Counted from the stretch's first letter, positions 17,686 to 27,731 are shown. The stretch: 43,065 nucleotides of DNA from Candidatus Omnitrophota bacterium (GCA_015233375.1 JADFXW010000003.1:1-43065); one strand, 5' to 3'. Translations and numbers: made by a program. Notes: generated by a model from the sequence alone, not told the origin.

Positions 17686-18619
17686 GCGGATTTTGGTAGT
17701 CAGCATGACGAATATCGGGGATGCTGTCTTGACATGCCCTGTTATTGATATTTTACGTGAAGATTTTCCTGACGCTCGCATTGATGTGGTGACTGGGCCT
17801 AAAGCTGTTTCTCTTTTTAAAGATAATCCCCATATTCATGTTATAGAATACAATAAACACGCATGTTTAAAAGAACAATGGGCCTGGTTTTTGAGCTTAT
17901 GGAAAGCCCGTTATGATTGTGTGGTTGATTTAAGACGGACCATGTTAGGCCTCTTGTTGTGGCCTAAATTTGCAACACCTCTTTGGGGTCAAGATATCAA
18001 GGCGATTCATAAAAAAGAAATTCATTTAAACCGCCTGCGTCAGGTTTATGATTTTAAAGAAACGCCTAAAAAACGATACGCTATCCAAACAACTCCTGAA
18101 GACCAGGCTTTTTTTGAAAGAGAAATCCTTCCCTTTGTGAAGGGTCAAAAATTTGTAGTGATTGCTCCAGGAGCCGCGGATTTGGCGAAACGATGGAATC
18201 CTGACGGGTTTGCTGCTTTGGCGGAATATTTAAGTCATGATTATAAAATTGTTTTTGTAGGGGATTCTAAGGATGCCCTTATCATTCAAGAAATACAAAA
18301 GGGGCTAAAATGCTCAACACTTTCTTTAGCAGGTAAAACAAATTTAAGGACCTTGGGTTTAATTTTACAACAAGCCTCTTGGGCCATAGCTCATGATAGT
18401 GGTATTATGCATTTGGCTTCTTATTTTAATGTACCGTTGGTTGTCCTTTGGGGACCAACGGATATTCATAGATATGCCCCATGGGGTTCTCAATCAGTGG
18501 TGGTCAGGAAAAATGAGGGATGCGAGCGCTGCCGTAATCCTGAAATTAAGACCATACATAACTGTATGTCTTTTATTAAAGTTGAAGATGTGATCCATGC
18601 TTGCAAAAAACTTTCGTAA
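17648..18619 (+). CDS. GT9 heptosyltransferase-like LPS core glycosyltransferase
   Basis: ILVVSMTNIGDAVLTCPV, APGAADLAKRWNP and AHDSGIMHLA. The start is uncertain and overlaps the upstream gene. Confidence 0.8.
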   Translation: MMCAKPLKNSSLKRILVVSMTNIGDAVLTCPVIDILREDFPDARIDVVTGPKAVSLFKDNPHIHVIEYNKHACLKEQWAWFLSLWKARYDCVVDLRRTMLGLLLWPKFATPLWGQDIKAIHKKEIHLNRLRQVYDFKETPKKRYAIQTTPEDQAFFEREILPFVKGQKFVVIAPGAADLAKRWNPDGFAALAEYLSHDYKIVFVGDSKDALIIQEIQKGLKCSTLSLAGKTNLRTLGLILQQASWAIAHDSGIMHLASYFNVPLVVLWGPTDIHRYAPWGSQSVVVRKNEGCERCRNPEIKTIHNCMSFIKVEDVIHACKKLS

Positions 18620-19628
18620 TATTTTAATTGTTCGGACAGACCGCATGGGAGATGTGGTTTTAACCACCCCAGCCATCAAGGCCATTAAAAAAGCTTTTCC
18701 TATGAGCTGTATTAGTGTATTGGTCACCCCTGCCACCTATGATTTAGTGGATGGTAATCCTTATATTGACAAGATTTTGGTTGATGACCGAGGGGGCAAG
18801 CATCGGACCTTTATTGGTTTCTTACGGCTTATTTGCGAGCTTTATCGCCTAAGATTTGATTTAGCCATCATTTTTCATACCAAACGCCGGTATAACCTGG
18901 CTTGCTGGATGGCTGGTATCCCTCATCGCCTTGGGTTTAAAAATAATAAATTTGGTTTTCTCTTAAACCATCCTCTTCGAGATGAGCGTCATTTAGGCAT
19001 CAAACATGAAGCGGAATATTGCCTTGATGTTTTAAAAGCCTTAGGGATTGAAAAACGGGATTTAAGTGTTTTTGTACCTGTACAAAAAGCGGCCCAGGAA
19101 TGGGTAGGGCATTGGATGCAAGAAAATGGTTGCCGATCTCAAGAAATCATTGCCATACATCCAGGGGCCTCTGATCCGGCTAGATGGTGGAGTGTGGACA
19201 ATTTTGCCCAGTTAATGGAACGCCTCAGCAGTCGATACACCTTAAAAATTGTTTTGATAGGAGGAGAGGCTATTGCGCCTATTGCTCAACAAATATTAAG
19301 CCAGACACGTGTTCCTTCCATGTACCTGAATTTAACCGGGAAAACAACGATGGCCCAGATGGTTAGCCTTTTAAGGCATACCCGCTTATTGATTTCCAAT
19401 GATTCCGGCCCGGTGCATGTAGCAGCAGGGTTGGGGACGAGTGTCATTTCTCTGTTTTTGCGAGATATGCCTGGTGTTAATCCCAAACGTTGGAGCCCCT
19501 TGGGCCCTAAAGGGTTTATTTTAAAAACCACCTCAAAGCAAGGCCAACCGCCTGATATCAGTGTAGATGATGTCTTGGAATTAACTGAAAAAATATTCCG
19601 CAGAACAATCCAATATGAAATTTTTTAA
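18597..19628 (+). CDS. GT9 heptosyltransferase-like LPS core glycosyltransferase
   Basis: ILIVRTDRMGDVVLTTPAIKAI, HPGASDPARWW and ISNDSGPVHVAA. Confidence 0.85.
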   Translation: MLAKNFRNILIVRTDRMGDVVLTTPAIKAIKKAFPMSCISVLVTPATYDLVDGNPYIDKILVDDRGGKHRTFIGFLRLICELYRLRFDLAIIFHTKRRYNLACWMAGIPHRLGFKNNKFGFLLNHPLRDERHLGIKHEAEYCLDVLKALGIEKRDLSVFVPVQKAAQEWVGHWMQENGCRSQEIIAIHPGASDPARWWSVDNFAQLMERLSSRYTLKIVLIGGEAIAPIAQQILSQTRVPSMYLNLTGKTTMAQMVSLLRHTRLLISNDSGPVHVAAGLGTSVISLFLRDMPGVNPKRWSPLGPKGFILKTTSKQGQPPDISVDDVLELTEKIFRRTIQYEIF

Positions 19629-19731
19629 CCAACTGCCCCTAACGACTTTTTTCATGTTATCAAAATCCGGCTTAAAAAATTTTATTTACTCTTTTCTTAA
19701 TTTAACTACACGTTATAATAATAATTAAATT

Positions 19732-20211
19732 ATGAGGAATTTGAGCTTGCTTCCTACAGTTTATTTACTTGAAGGTGTTTTTATCGTTTTGACCTTATGT
19801 TCATGCGTTTATATTGTTTTTTTTCTTTTATTTAAGAACCACCCAGATATATTACCAGAAACCATAGTTCTTCCTAAAACAGATGTGGCACTTAATGCCA
19901 TGAGTTTTGCCCCAGAATTCGCATCGGTTAGTGGTGCGCAGACAAGGGATATATTTTCCCTGCCTGCCTCAACAACAACGGGTAATGCAGCCTTGCCGCC
20001 AAAAGGCCAATTGCCAGGCAATTTAAAAGTCGTAGGTATTGTGATAGCCTCTGGGGCTCAGGTTGTGATAGAAGACTCATCGAAGAATACCACTTATTTT
20101 ATTGACGAACGGCATCCTCAAGGTGGAATTAAAATTGTTAACGTACAGAAGGATAAGATAATTATTAATTATCAAGAACAAGACATTGCATTGCCTGTGA
20201 CTAAGAATTGA
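19732..20211 (+). CDS. GspC/PilP-like secretion-system inner-membrane component
   Basis: An N-terminal TM helix, a linker, then LKVVGIVIASGAQVVIEDSSKNTTYFIDERHPQGGIKIVNVQKDKIIINY, resembling the GspC HR / PilP beta domain. Sits directly upstream of the secretin gene. Confidence 0.55.
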   Translation: MRNLSLLPTVYLLEGVFIVLTLCSCVYIVFFLLFKNHPDILPETIVLPKTDVALNAMSFAPEFASVSGAQTRDIFSLPASTTTGNAALPPKGQLPGNLKVVGIVIASGAQVVIEDSSKNTTYFIDERHPQGGIKIVNVQKDKIIINYQEQDIALPVTKN

Positions 20212-20227
20212 AAGGGGTGGATATATT

Positions 20228-20268
20228 TAAGAACTCCCCCTAACCCCCTCTTTAACTAAAGAGGGGGG
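20228..20268. repeat. Hairpin repeat family A, single-hairpin copy containing the gspD SD
   Basis: AAGAACTCCCCCTAACCCCCTCTTTAACTAAAGAGGGGGG, ending 12 nt before the ATG at 20281. Confidence 0.85.
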
Positions 20269-20280
20269 AATATATTAATT

Positions 20281-22062
20281 ATGAAAAAATTTATCCATAA
20301 AATGATTGCAAAAGCACTACGGTCCCTCAGTATTTTTATTGTTATTTTTTTGTTATTGACTCCTGTGCACAGTGAAACAACAGATTCGCAAACCGTAAAA
20401 TCTACCGTTTTAGACACCCTGGAAATGAAGGACATGGACATTAATGATTGCCTGAAATTATTGGCCGCAAGGTCAGGCCTTAATATCATTGCTGGAAAAA
20501 GTATTACAGGCAGGGTCACTATTTTCTTACAAAATGTTGATGTGCGGGATGCCTTGACCATTATCCTTAAAGCCAATGACTTGGCCTTCATGGAAGCGCA
20601 TGGTGTTCTTCAGATCATGACCTCCTCAGAATATGAACAGATAACTGGCCATAAATTTGGTGTTCATATGGAAAGCACTATTGTTTCCCTTCAATCAGCG
20701 AAGGCGTCCGATGTGGCTGCTGTCCTAAACCAGATTAAAAGTGTTAATGGGAAGGTCATCCCTGACGAGGGATCAAATAGCTTGATTATTGATGATGTCC
20801 CTGAAAAAATCACTCAAATGCTCAATTATAGCCATACCCTGGACGCGCCAACCTTTGTCAGGGTTTTTAAGATCAAGCATATTGATGGTCAGGCTTTGGT
20901 TGCAAAATTACAGGAAATGGTAAGTCCTAAAATCAGTTATATTAAATTTGATTCCTTTTCCAATAAATTATTTATTAAGGATGTGGAGAAAAAATTGTTT
21001 GAAATCGAAAAATACCTTAAACAAATTGATGTGCCCATGGAAACAAAGGTTTTTAATGTTAATTACGCAAAAGCCGATGAATTAGCTAAAACCTTAGGTC
21101 CCATGCTGACTAAGGACGTGGGGAGCATTCAATATGATACACGTTCAAACACCTTGGTTGTTATCGATGTCCCTTCTAAAATGGATTCCATAACAACGAT
21201 GGTGAAAGCCCTGGATAAGGTGGATAAAGAGGTCTTTATTGAGGCGAAAATTATTCAGATTACTTTAGGTGATCAATATCAAATGGGCGTTAATTGGGAC
21301 AAGGTGATACCTAATCTTGGAAATACAAAGGTCAAATTGAGCAGCGATTTTAGTCTGCCTTCATCAAGCATTGCTCCTGGGGTTGGCAGCATGTCTATTG
21401 GAATGATGGGTAATGATACTTTTCACAATGTCTTGCAAATGTTAGATACCTTTGGCAAGTCACGCACCCTTTCAAGCCCCCAATTAGCGGTCATCAATAA
21501 TCAGGAGGCGAGCATTTTAATTGGGACCAGTGTCCCTTACGCGACCAGCACGACCACGGCCACCTCAACCACAACACCCATTACGTCGTATGCGGCGAAT
21601 TTTATTGATGTTGGTGTTAAATTACATGTAACGCCAACCATCCATGATGACGGTTATGTTACCATGAAAATAAAACCTGAAATTTCTTCTGAAGAAGCGA
21701 CCCAATATCCTGTTCCGAATAGCGGTTCAATCCCTATTGTGGATACAGATACGGTGCAGACCATTGTTCGTGTTAAGGATGGGGTGACGATTCTTTTAGG
21801 GGGATTGATGAAGGATGAGTTGAGCAACAGTAAAACTAAAATTCCTGTGTTAGGAGATATCCCATGGTTAGGAAAAGCTTTTAACACCGAGAACAGAAAT
21901 AGCCAGAAAACAGAAATTGTTATCTTTTTAACGCCGCATATTATTAATGGGGACGTGCATAGTGACCCCCAAGAATTTCTTGATAAAGAGGCAGCCATTA
22001 AAAGCCCAAAAACTTATTTCGACCCCTTACCCAAAGATGAATCTACTGTCCCTGTTCCATAA
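20281..22062 (+). CDS. gspD: Secretin (GspD/PilQ family)
   Basis: Signal peptide and N-terminal secretin_N-type repeats. C-terminal secretin core has LSSPQLAVINNQEASILIG, IPVLGDIPWLGKAF and TEIVIFLTPHII. Confidence 0.9.
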   Translation: MKKFIHKMIAKALRSLSIFIVIFLLLTPVHSETTDSQTVKSTVLDTLEMKDMDINDCLKLLAARSGLNIIAGKSITGRVTIFLQNVDVRDALTIILKANDLAFMEAHGVLQIMTSSEYEQITGHKFGVHMESTIVSLQSAKASDVAAVLNQIKSVNGKVIPDEGSNSLIIDDVPEKITQMLNYSHTLDAPTFVRVFKIKHIDGQALVAKLQEMVSPKISYIKFDSFSNKLFIKDVEKKLFEIEKYLKQIDVPMETKVFNVNYAKADELAKTLGPMLTKDVGSIQYDTRSNTLVVIDVPSKMDSITTMVKALDKVDKEVFIEAKIIQITLGDQYQMGVNWDKVIPNLGNTKVKLSSDFSLPSSSIAPGVGSMSIGMMGNDTFHNVLQMLDTFGKSRTLSSPQLAVINNQEASILIGTSVPYATSTTTATSTTTPITSYAANFIDVGVKLHVTPTIHDDGYVTMKIKPEISSEEATQYPVPNSGSIPIVDTDTVQTIVRVKDGVTILLGGLMKDELSNSKTKIPVLGDIPWLGKAFNTENRNSQKTEIVIFLTPHIINGDVHSDPQEFLDKEAAIKSPKTYFDPLPKDESTVPVP

Positions 22063-22076
22063 GGTCATCTAAAAAT

Positions 22077-23771
22077 ATGGAAAAAACACCTCTTTTTTTA
22101 GGTCAAATCCTTGTTCATCATAACATTATTAACTCAACACAGCTGGATCAAGCATTAGCTGAACAAAAAAAAACAGGTGAGTTATTAGGGCACGCATTGC
22201 TGCGTATGGGCTTTGTCAAAAAAGAACAAGCCTTTTTACCTTTATTGGCTGAAAAACTAAACGTTGAGTTAGTATTCTTAAAATCCATCGCTATTTCGCA
22301 AGAAGCTTTGAAACGTCTTTCCATCAAGGCATTAAACCATTATAAAGTTTTTCCTTTTAAATTTGAGAATGACACATTGACAGTGGCTATGTCCAAGCCT
22401 CAGGATATCGCTGTCTTGGATGACTTGAGTATGATGGCCCATGCCAGGATTAAGCCTGCCTTGGCCTCTGAGGCAGATATTATTGAAGCTATCCGTATCT
22501 ATTACGGGCTTGGGGCAGAGACCATTGAGAAAATGATGTCCGGCACTGAAATGATGGAGCAACAAACCCCGGTGATTCAGGCTATTGATGAACTTTCCTC
22601 TGAAGCTTCTATCAGCCAATTTTTAAATCAAATTTTATCTCAAGCTCATCGAGATTCAGCTACGGACATTCATATTGAGCCCTTTGGGGATGAATTACGT
22701 ATCCGTTACCGCATTGATGGAGAATTGTATGATGTTCAAGTGCCAGAAAATATTCGTTTCTTTCATGAAGCATTGATTTCTCGCATCAAGATATTGTCTA
22801 ATTTAAATATCGCTGAAAAACGCCTGCCGCAGGATGGACGTTTTAAGGTCAAGGTGTCTAATAGCGATTTGGATTTGCGTGTTTCTTTTTTACCAAGCGC
22901 TTTTGGCGAAAGCTGTGTTATCAGGCTTTTGAACACCTTTAGATTGTATGATTTTGATGATTTAGGAATTGTGGGGGATGAGCGAAAATTATTGAATATC
23001 TTAATAAATAAGCCGCATGGCATTATATTTCTGACAGGGCCTACAGGAAGCGGTAAGACAACGACGTTATATTCGTGTTTAGCACTTATCAACGCAGAAG
23101 ACACTAAAATCATCACGGTTGAGGATCCTATTGAATATCAACTCAAAGGCATCGTTCAAATCCAGGCCAATGCCAACATTGGGTTGACCTTTGCCACTGC
23201 TTTGCGTTCTATTTTACGCAATGATCCTGATGTTATCATGATAGGTGAGGTGCGAGATTTTGAAACCGCCCAGATTGCGATACAAATGTCTTTAACCGGG
23301 CATCTGGTGTTTTCTACATTACATACCAATGACGCTGTCTCAGGGATCACTCGTTTAATTGATATAGGCATTGAGCCTTATTTAATCTCAACCTCTGTGG
23401 ACTGCTTTATAGCCCAGCGATTAGTGAGATTATTATGCCCTGCGTGTAAAAGCAAAACACGCTTAACTGAAGAAATGAAAAAAGAATTTGATGTGACCAG
23501 CCAGATATCTGAAAATCATGTGATATATGAAGCCGTTGGATGTGAGGCTTGCCGGATGACAGGTTATAGCGGACGTCAGGCTATTTGTGAATTTTTAATT
23601 CTAGATGAAAAAGTTAAAGAGATGATAACACTTCGCTCAACAAGCCGGGAAATTAAACAGTATGTTGCTTCCAAAGGGATGAAGACATTAAGACAGCATG
23701 GATTAGAAAAGGTCCTTTTAGGGTTAACCAGCCCCAGTGAAGTTTTACGGGTTACTGGGGATATTGGATGA
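22077..23771 (+). CDS. gspE: Type II secretion / type IV pilus assembly ATPase (GspE/PilB family)
   Basis: N-terminal T2SSE_N/MshEN-like domain, Walker A GPTGSGKTTTLYS, Asp box, Walker B IMIGEVRD, His box, and a CxxC...CxxC zinc motif. Confidence 0.93.
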   Translation: MEKTPLFLGQILVHHNIINSTQLDQALAEQKKTGELLGHALLRMGFVKKEQAFLPLLAEKLNVELVFLKSIAISQEALKRLSIKALNHYKVFPFKFENDTLTVAMSKPQDIAVLDDLSMMAHARIKPALASEADIIEAIRIYYGLGAETIEKMMSGTEMMEQQTPVIQAIDELSSEASISQFLNQILSQAHRDSATDIHIEPFGDELRIRYRIDGELYDVQVPENIRFFHEALISRIKILSNLNIAEKRLPQDGRFKVKVSNSDLDLRVSFLPSAFGESCVIRLLNTFRLYDFDDLGIVGDERKLLNILINKPHGIIFLTGPTGSGKTTTLYSCLALINAEDTKIITVEDPIEYQLKGIVQIQANANIGLTFATALRSILRNDPDVIMIGEVRDFETAQIAIQMSLTGHLVFSTLHTNDAVSGITRLIDIGIEPYLISTSVDCFIAQRLVRLLCPACKSKTRLTEEMKKEFDVTSQISENHVIYEAVGCEACRMTGYSGRQAICEFLILDEKVKEMITLRSTSREIKQYVASKGMKTLRQHGLEKVLLGLTSPSEVLRVTGDIG

Positions 23772-23772
23772 T

Positions 23773-24990
23773 ATGCCACAATTCTCTTATAAAGCCAAGG
23801 CTGGTCCTCAAAATATAACAACTGGTTTTATTGAGGCTAATTCTGCGTCTGAAGCGGTGACAAAATTAATAAATGCAGGCAAGACACCTATTGATGTCAA
23901 ATTATCCACGATCTCAACAGGCTCCACATTAACAAAATCAAAGATTCCTAACATTAGTATCCCGCGCATGGCCTTATATCAATGGACAAGGCAATTGGCA
24001 GATTTGCAGGATGCAGGGGTCCCGTTAGCTCGATCCATGCAGTTATTGGGGCATCAGCGTCAATTTCCTGAAATGATTAAGATTATTGAGGCCATAAAGA
24101 TGGTTTTACAACAAGGTGGGAGTCTTTCAGCAGCCTTAACAGCCTATCCTCATGTTTTTCCCTCCATGTATGTTAATACAATTAAAGCAGCAGAAGCGAG
24201 CGGAAAAATGCCTTTGGTATTAAACCGATTAGCCCAGTTTCTTGAAGTGGACATGATACAAGAGTCAAAGGTCAAGTCCAGTTTACTGTATCCTGCTATC
24301 ATATTAATAGTCGGCTTTTTGACTATTTTTGTCCTTTTATCTTTTGTTTTACCACGAGTGACCTTAATGTTCGAAGATTTTGATACCCAACTTCCATTAT
24401 TAACACAAATCATCATTTCTGTGAGTCAAATATTTGCGCAGTTTTGGTGGTTAATGGCGCTTTCTGTGGCTGGGGCTATTGTTTGGATGCGTTGGTGGAT
24501 TAAAACAAATAATGGAAAAGCCCAGATGGATGCTTTCTTACTAAAAGTCCCATTATTAAAAACCTTTATTCAAAACACTCAGCTGAGCCGATTTGCGCGG
24601 ACACTGGCCATGTTATTAGAAAGTGGGGTGCCCATTGTGAATGCTCTTGAATCTGTAGTGCTTGTGGTGGATAATAAAGCGTTACAGCAAGAGGTCTATA
24701 AAATGACCGACAGGATAAAATCAGGGATGGGGCTTGCTGAGGCGGTTAAACAAAGTCCTCTTTTTCCTGAAATGACGGTTGATTTAATTGCTGTTGGTCA
24801 AGAAGCCGGGAAATTAGAAAAAGGGCTTTATAAATTAGCTGATTATAGTGAACGTCTAAGCCAGGATATGGCCCAAACTTTTACAACTATTTTAGGGCCT
24901 GCGGTTTTGGTTTTGGTTGTCGGTATAGTCGGATTTATGATTGTGGCTATGTTATTGCCTATGTTTCAGATGAATATGATCATTAAATAA
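23773..24990 (+). CDS. gspF: Type II secretion / type IV pilus platform protein (GspF/PilC family)
   Basis: Two GspF repeats and three TM helices. The ATG at 23773 lies 1 nt after the gspE stop, and the ORF-track start at 23737 overlaps gspE. Confidence 0.9.
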   Translation: MPQFSYKAKAGPQNITTGFIEANSASEAVTKLINAGKTPIDVKLSTISTGSTLTKSKIPNISIPRMALYQWTRQLADLQDAGVPLARSMQLLGHQRQFPEMIKIIEAIKMVLQQGGSLSAALTAYPHVFPSMYVNTIKAAEASGKMPLVLNRLAQFLEVDMIQESKVKSSLLYPAIILIVGFLTIFVLLSFVLPRVTLMFEDFDTQLPLLTQIIISVSQIFAQFWWLMALSVAGAIVWMRWWIKTNNGKAQMDAFLLKVPLLKTFIQNTQLSRFARTLAMLLESGVPIVNALESVVLVVDNKALQQEVYKMTDRIKSGMGLAEAVKQSPLFPEMTVDLIAVGQEAGKLEKGLYKLADYSERLSQDMAQTFTTILGPAVLVLVVGIVGFMIVAMLLPMFQMNMIIK

Positions 24991-24999
24991 GATGGTGAC

Positions 25000-25183
25000 G
25001 TTTATGGACACTTTAAAAGCTTTTTTCCGAAACGGGATATTTTTGCCGTCGTCTTCGGTTTACGACAATTGTTTTCTAAAGCATCCTTAGTATATTTAGA
25101 AAACAATTATCGTAAAGCCTTGACGACTTTTGGCAAAAAATCCCTTAATGTTTCGGAAAAAAGCTTTTAAAGTGTCCATAAAC
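25000..25183. repeat. 184-nt long palindromic element, family B, copy 2 (between gspF and gspG)
   Basis: Same length and orientation as 13200-13383, with 11 differences by hand alignment. Confidence 0.95.
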
Positions 25184-25208
25184 ACGAATCAATTGAAAGG
25201 AAATTTAT

Positions 25209-25646
25209 ATGATTAAAAATTATCGATATGGTTTTACGTTAATTGAAATAATGCTTGTTGTCATTATTATTGGCATATTGGCAGCCATGCTTGTTCCTAA
25301 TATAGCAGGGAGGAGCGACCAGGCTCGGAAAATCGCAGCCCGGACAGACATAGAGTCAAACTTGTCAACAGCGCTTGATTTATTTCATATGGATACCAGC
25401 CATTATCCAACAACAGAACAAGGGTTAAATGCCTTGTTAACAAAACCCACAGCGTCCCCAATTCCGGATCAATGGAATGGCCCTTATTTAAAGAAAAAGA
25501 AAATTTTTAAAGATCCGTGGGGACATAACTATGTGTACGTCTCTCCAGGCACGCATAATACTGAAACCTATGACCTTTCTTCCTTGGGTCCTGATGGGGT
25601 GGAAAGCAGCGATGATATTACGAATTGGGGAAATGAAGAAAAATAA
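25209..25646 (+). CDS. gspG: Major pseudopilin (GspG family)
   Basis: Prepilin leader and GFTLIEIMLVVIIIGILAAM, followed by DPWGHNYVYVSPG...YDLSSLGPDG, typical of GspG. Confidence 0.9.
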   Translation: MIKNYRYGFTLIEIMLVVIIIGILAAMLVPNIAGRSDQARKIAARTDIESNLSTALDLFHMDTSHYPTTEQGLNALLTKPTASPIPDQWNGPYLKKKKIFKDPWGHNYVYVSPGTHNTETYDLSSLGPDGVESSDDITNWGNEEK

Positions 25647-26010
25647 GACGGGTTTCATGCTTCTGGAAGCTTTGCTTTCAGTGGTGATTGTCAGCGTTTC
25701 CTTGACCTTGATAGCGGAATCTTTATTGACAAATCTAAAAACTACTGAACGTTTTCAAGAGATGACAACAGCCTTTATGGGGCTTGAAAACAGATTAGGG
25801 CTTTTATACGCAACCAATGCTTCTCCAGAAGATTTTAATCAGTATCCTAAAGATTTAGGAAAGCCATTTGGTTCAATGACAAGCCTGTCAAGGACAGAAA
25901 ACATTAATGATAATTTAAAAACAGTGGATCTTGAAATTAATTGGCCATCAGGCAAACATAAGGCAGGTTTAGACATCACCACGATGGTCTATATTCCAGA
26001 TGAAAAATAG
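25633..26010 (+). CDS. Minor pseudopilin (GspI/H-like)
   Basis: MKKNKTGFMLLEALLSVVIVSV is a prepilin-type N-terminus. The start at 25633 overlaps the gspG end. The ORF-track start at 25531 lies inside gspG. Confidence 0.65.
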   Translation: MKKNKTGFMLLEALLSVVIVSVSLTLIAESLLTNLKTTERFQEMTTAFMGLENRLGLLYATNASPEDFNQYPKDLGKPFGSMTSLSRTENINDNLKTVDLEINWPSGKHKAGLDITTMVYIPDEK

Positions 26011-26719
26011 ATTACATAGTGATGGATTTACGGTTATTGAACTTTTATTAGGTTTGACTATTGGAGCCATTATTGGTTTATGTGTATCTAATATGTTTTG
26101 GCTGGGGCTTAAACTTAATGATAAGATGCAGTATGTTCACAAAGATTACGTGTCTGAACTAAGGGTTGATGCGACCCTTTCCCGTGATTTAGAAAATGCT
26201 GTTTTTATTGATTTATCCAACAGCTACCCTGATGCTAAAATTTTTGAAGGGAACCTTACAGAATTTTCATTTTTAACGCAAACATCAACAGGATTAAAGC
26301 GTGTGCGGTATTTTACAGGATCACCAGAAGGTGTCAAAGGCTTAACATCCATGATAGGGCGGGTTGTTAATCCTTCAAACATTGATTCCAAGGGCAGACT
26401 AGATCAGGAGTCCTTGTTCCGTCAGGAAAGCAGCTTGGGGGATTGGCTTACGGGCAGCAATCAAGATACCCGCTTCCAAATTATTGCAGGGGGCTTAAAA
26501 AAACAAAGTTTCCATTGCCAGTATGCTCCTTTTGTGAAAAATCTAGATAAGAGTTCTTCCAAAGAAATAAATTATAAAGATGTGTGGGATGATAAAAAAC
26601 TACCCCTTAGCGTATCATGTGGATTTGTCTTATATAACCTTAAAAATCCGTCAGCAAGCCTGATATTTAAACGAAATTTTTTCTTAGCACCGGTAAATGC
26701 CTATTATAATGAACAATAA
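26000..26719 (+). CDS. Minor pseudopilin (GspJ-like)
   Basis: DGFTVIELLLGLTIGAIIG is a prepilin-type N-terminus. Size and position fit GspJ. Confidence 0.6.
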   Translation: MKNRLHSDGFTVIELLLGLTIGAIIGLCVSNMFWLGLKLNDKMQYVHKDYVSELRVDATLSRDLENAVFIDLSNSYPDAKIFEGNLTEFSFLTQTSTGLKRVRYFTGSPEGVKGLTSMIGRVVNPSNIDSKGRLDQESLFRQESSLGDWLTGSNQDTRFQIIAGGLKKQSFHCQYAPFVKNLDKSSSKEINYKDVWDDKKLPLSVSCGFVLYNLKNPSASLIFKRNFFLAPVNAYYNEQ

Positions 26720-27731
26720 AGGGGTTGTTTTACTTATGATATTATGGGTGTTATGCGTTTTAGCCTTGATTGCTTGGGGTTTAGGACGCCGATCATCCCA
26801 GGATATTAATTTATTAACACACTACCGGGGAAAATTGCGCAGTTATGCGGCAGCTCGGGCTGGAATCAATAAAGCGCTGGATCTTTTGCGTCAATCCAAA
26901 TCGCAGAAAGACACCTTATATACATCCGGCATTAATATAGAAATGACACAAAATCCTAAAACCTTATTTTCTCATATTGATATTGGAAAGAATGCCTATA
27001 CCTCTATTGAATGGAAGGCTCGGCATTTTAACACCACTGAACAAGATCCGATTGAATATGGGCTCAGGGATGAATCAGGCCGTATCAATATCAACGCGCT
27101 TGGCATCGCTAATTATCCTATCCTCAGCGCGCTTTTAGAACTCAAAGGGGTGACGAAAGCCCAAGCAGATCATTTGGCCCAAGCGATAATTAATTATACA
27201 GGGGGCACCAATCAAACTGGCAGTAGATCATCATTTTTGGATTTAAATGAGTCTCGTTTAAAACAAAAAAATAAGCCTTATGAAAACATCCTTGAATTGC
27301 TCCAAGTCGAAGGCATGACCCAAGAAATTTTCAATAAAATCAAGGATGATGTGACTGTTTTTGGTAACCCTCTTAATGGGGTGTGGATAAACGTCTTCAC
27401 GGCTAATAATGATGTCATTGCAGCAGTGGCGCAAGCGGCTGTTAGGCTTAACCCTTCCATTAGTCCAGAAACAATTAAAACCAAGGCCTATGCTCTTAGG
27501 GATGGGGCTGATGGACGTTCTTTTACTTTAGATGATGGGGCGGTTTCTATCAATACCATTAACAGTCCTGACTGGCCGCCTGTTTTTCAAGAAGGCCAGT
27601 CCAATTATTATAATGCAAGGGTTGTCGGTGTTGATCAAGACTCCCAAGTGCGTACTGTTTTGGAAGCGGTCATCCACTATACTCCAGGATCTAAGAGCGA
27701 GATCCTTTCATGGAAAGAGGCCGGTGAATGA
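26697..27731 (+). CDS. gspK: Minor pseudopilin GspK-like
   Basis: Hydrophobic N-terminus GVVLLMILWVLCVLALIA, GLRDESGRININAL (GspK DE..K.N.N motif), and a helix-hairpin-helix-like ILELLQVEGMTQEIFNKI. Confidence 0.7.
   Translation: MPIIMNNKGVVLLMILWVLCVLALIAWGLGRRSSQDINLLTHYRGKLRSYAAARAGINKALDLLRQSKSQKDTLYTSGINIEMTQNPKTLFSHIDIGKNAYTSIEWKARHFNTTEQDPIEYGLRDESGRININALGIANYPILSALLELKGVTKAQADHLAQAIINYTGGTNQTGSRSSFLDLNESRLKQKNKPYENILELLQVEGMTQEIFNKIKDDVTVFGNPLNGVWINVFTANNDVIAAVAQAAVRLNPSISPETIKTKAYALRDGADGRSFTLDDGAVSINTINSPDWPPVFQEGQSNYYNARVVGVDQDSQVRTVLEAVIHYTPGSKSEILSWKEAGE

Noticed and set aside
8630-20268. Repeated CCCCCTCTTTAA...AAAGAGGGGG units (8630-8718, 10841-10940, 15498-15596, 20228-20268) considered as a possible CRISPR array
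   Set aside because: The copies are dispersed over about 12 kb, not in a regular repeat-spacer array. Each unit is itself a hairpin, one copy lies inside a CDS, and no cas genes are present.
14075-23116. Antisense ORFs of 95-119 aa inside the GT4-GT9, gspD and gspE genes (14075-14434, 21654-21998, 22332-22619, 22763-23116), plus other 60-90-aa antisense ORFs throughout the window
   Set aside because: All are fully embedded opposite strongly supported genes, with no recognisable motifs or RBS. I treat them as chance open frames.
13200-25183. The two 184-nt elements as ends of a composite transposon or island spanning 13.2-25.2 kb
   Set aside because: Each copy is a self-contained palindrome and the two are in direct, not inverted, orientation. 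No transposase lies between them, and the interior consists of core LPS and secretion genes.
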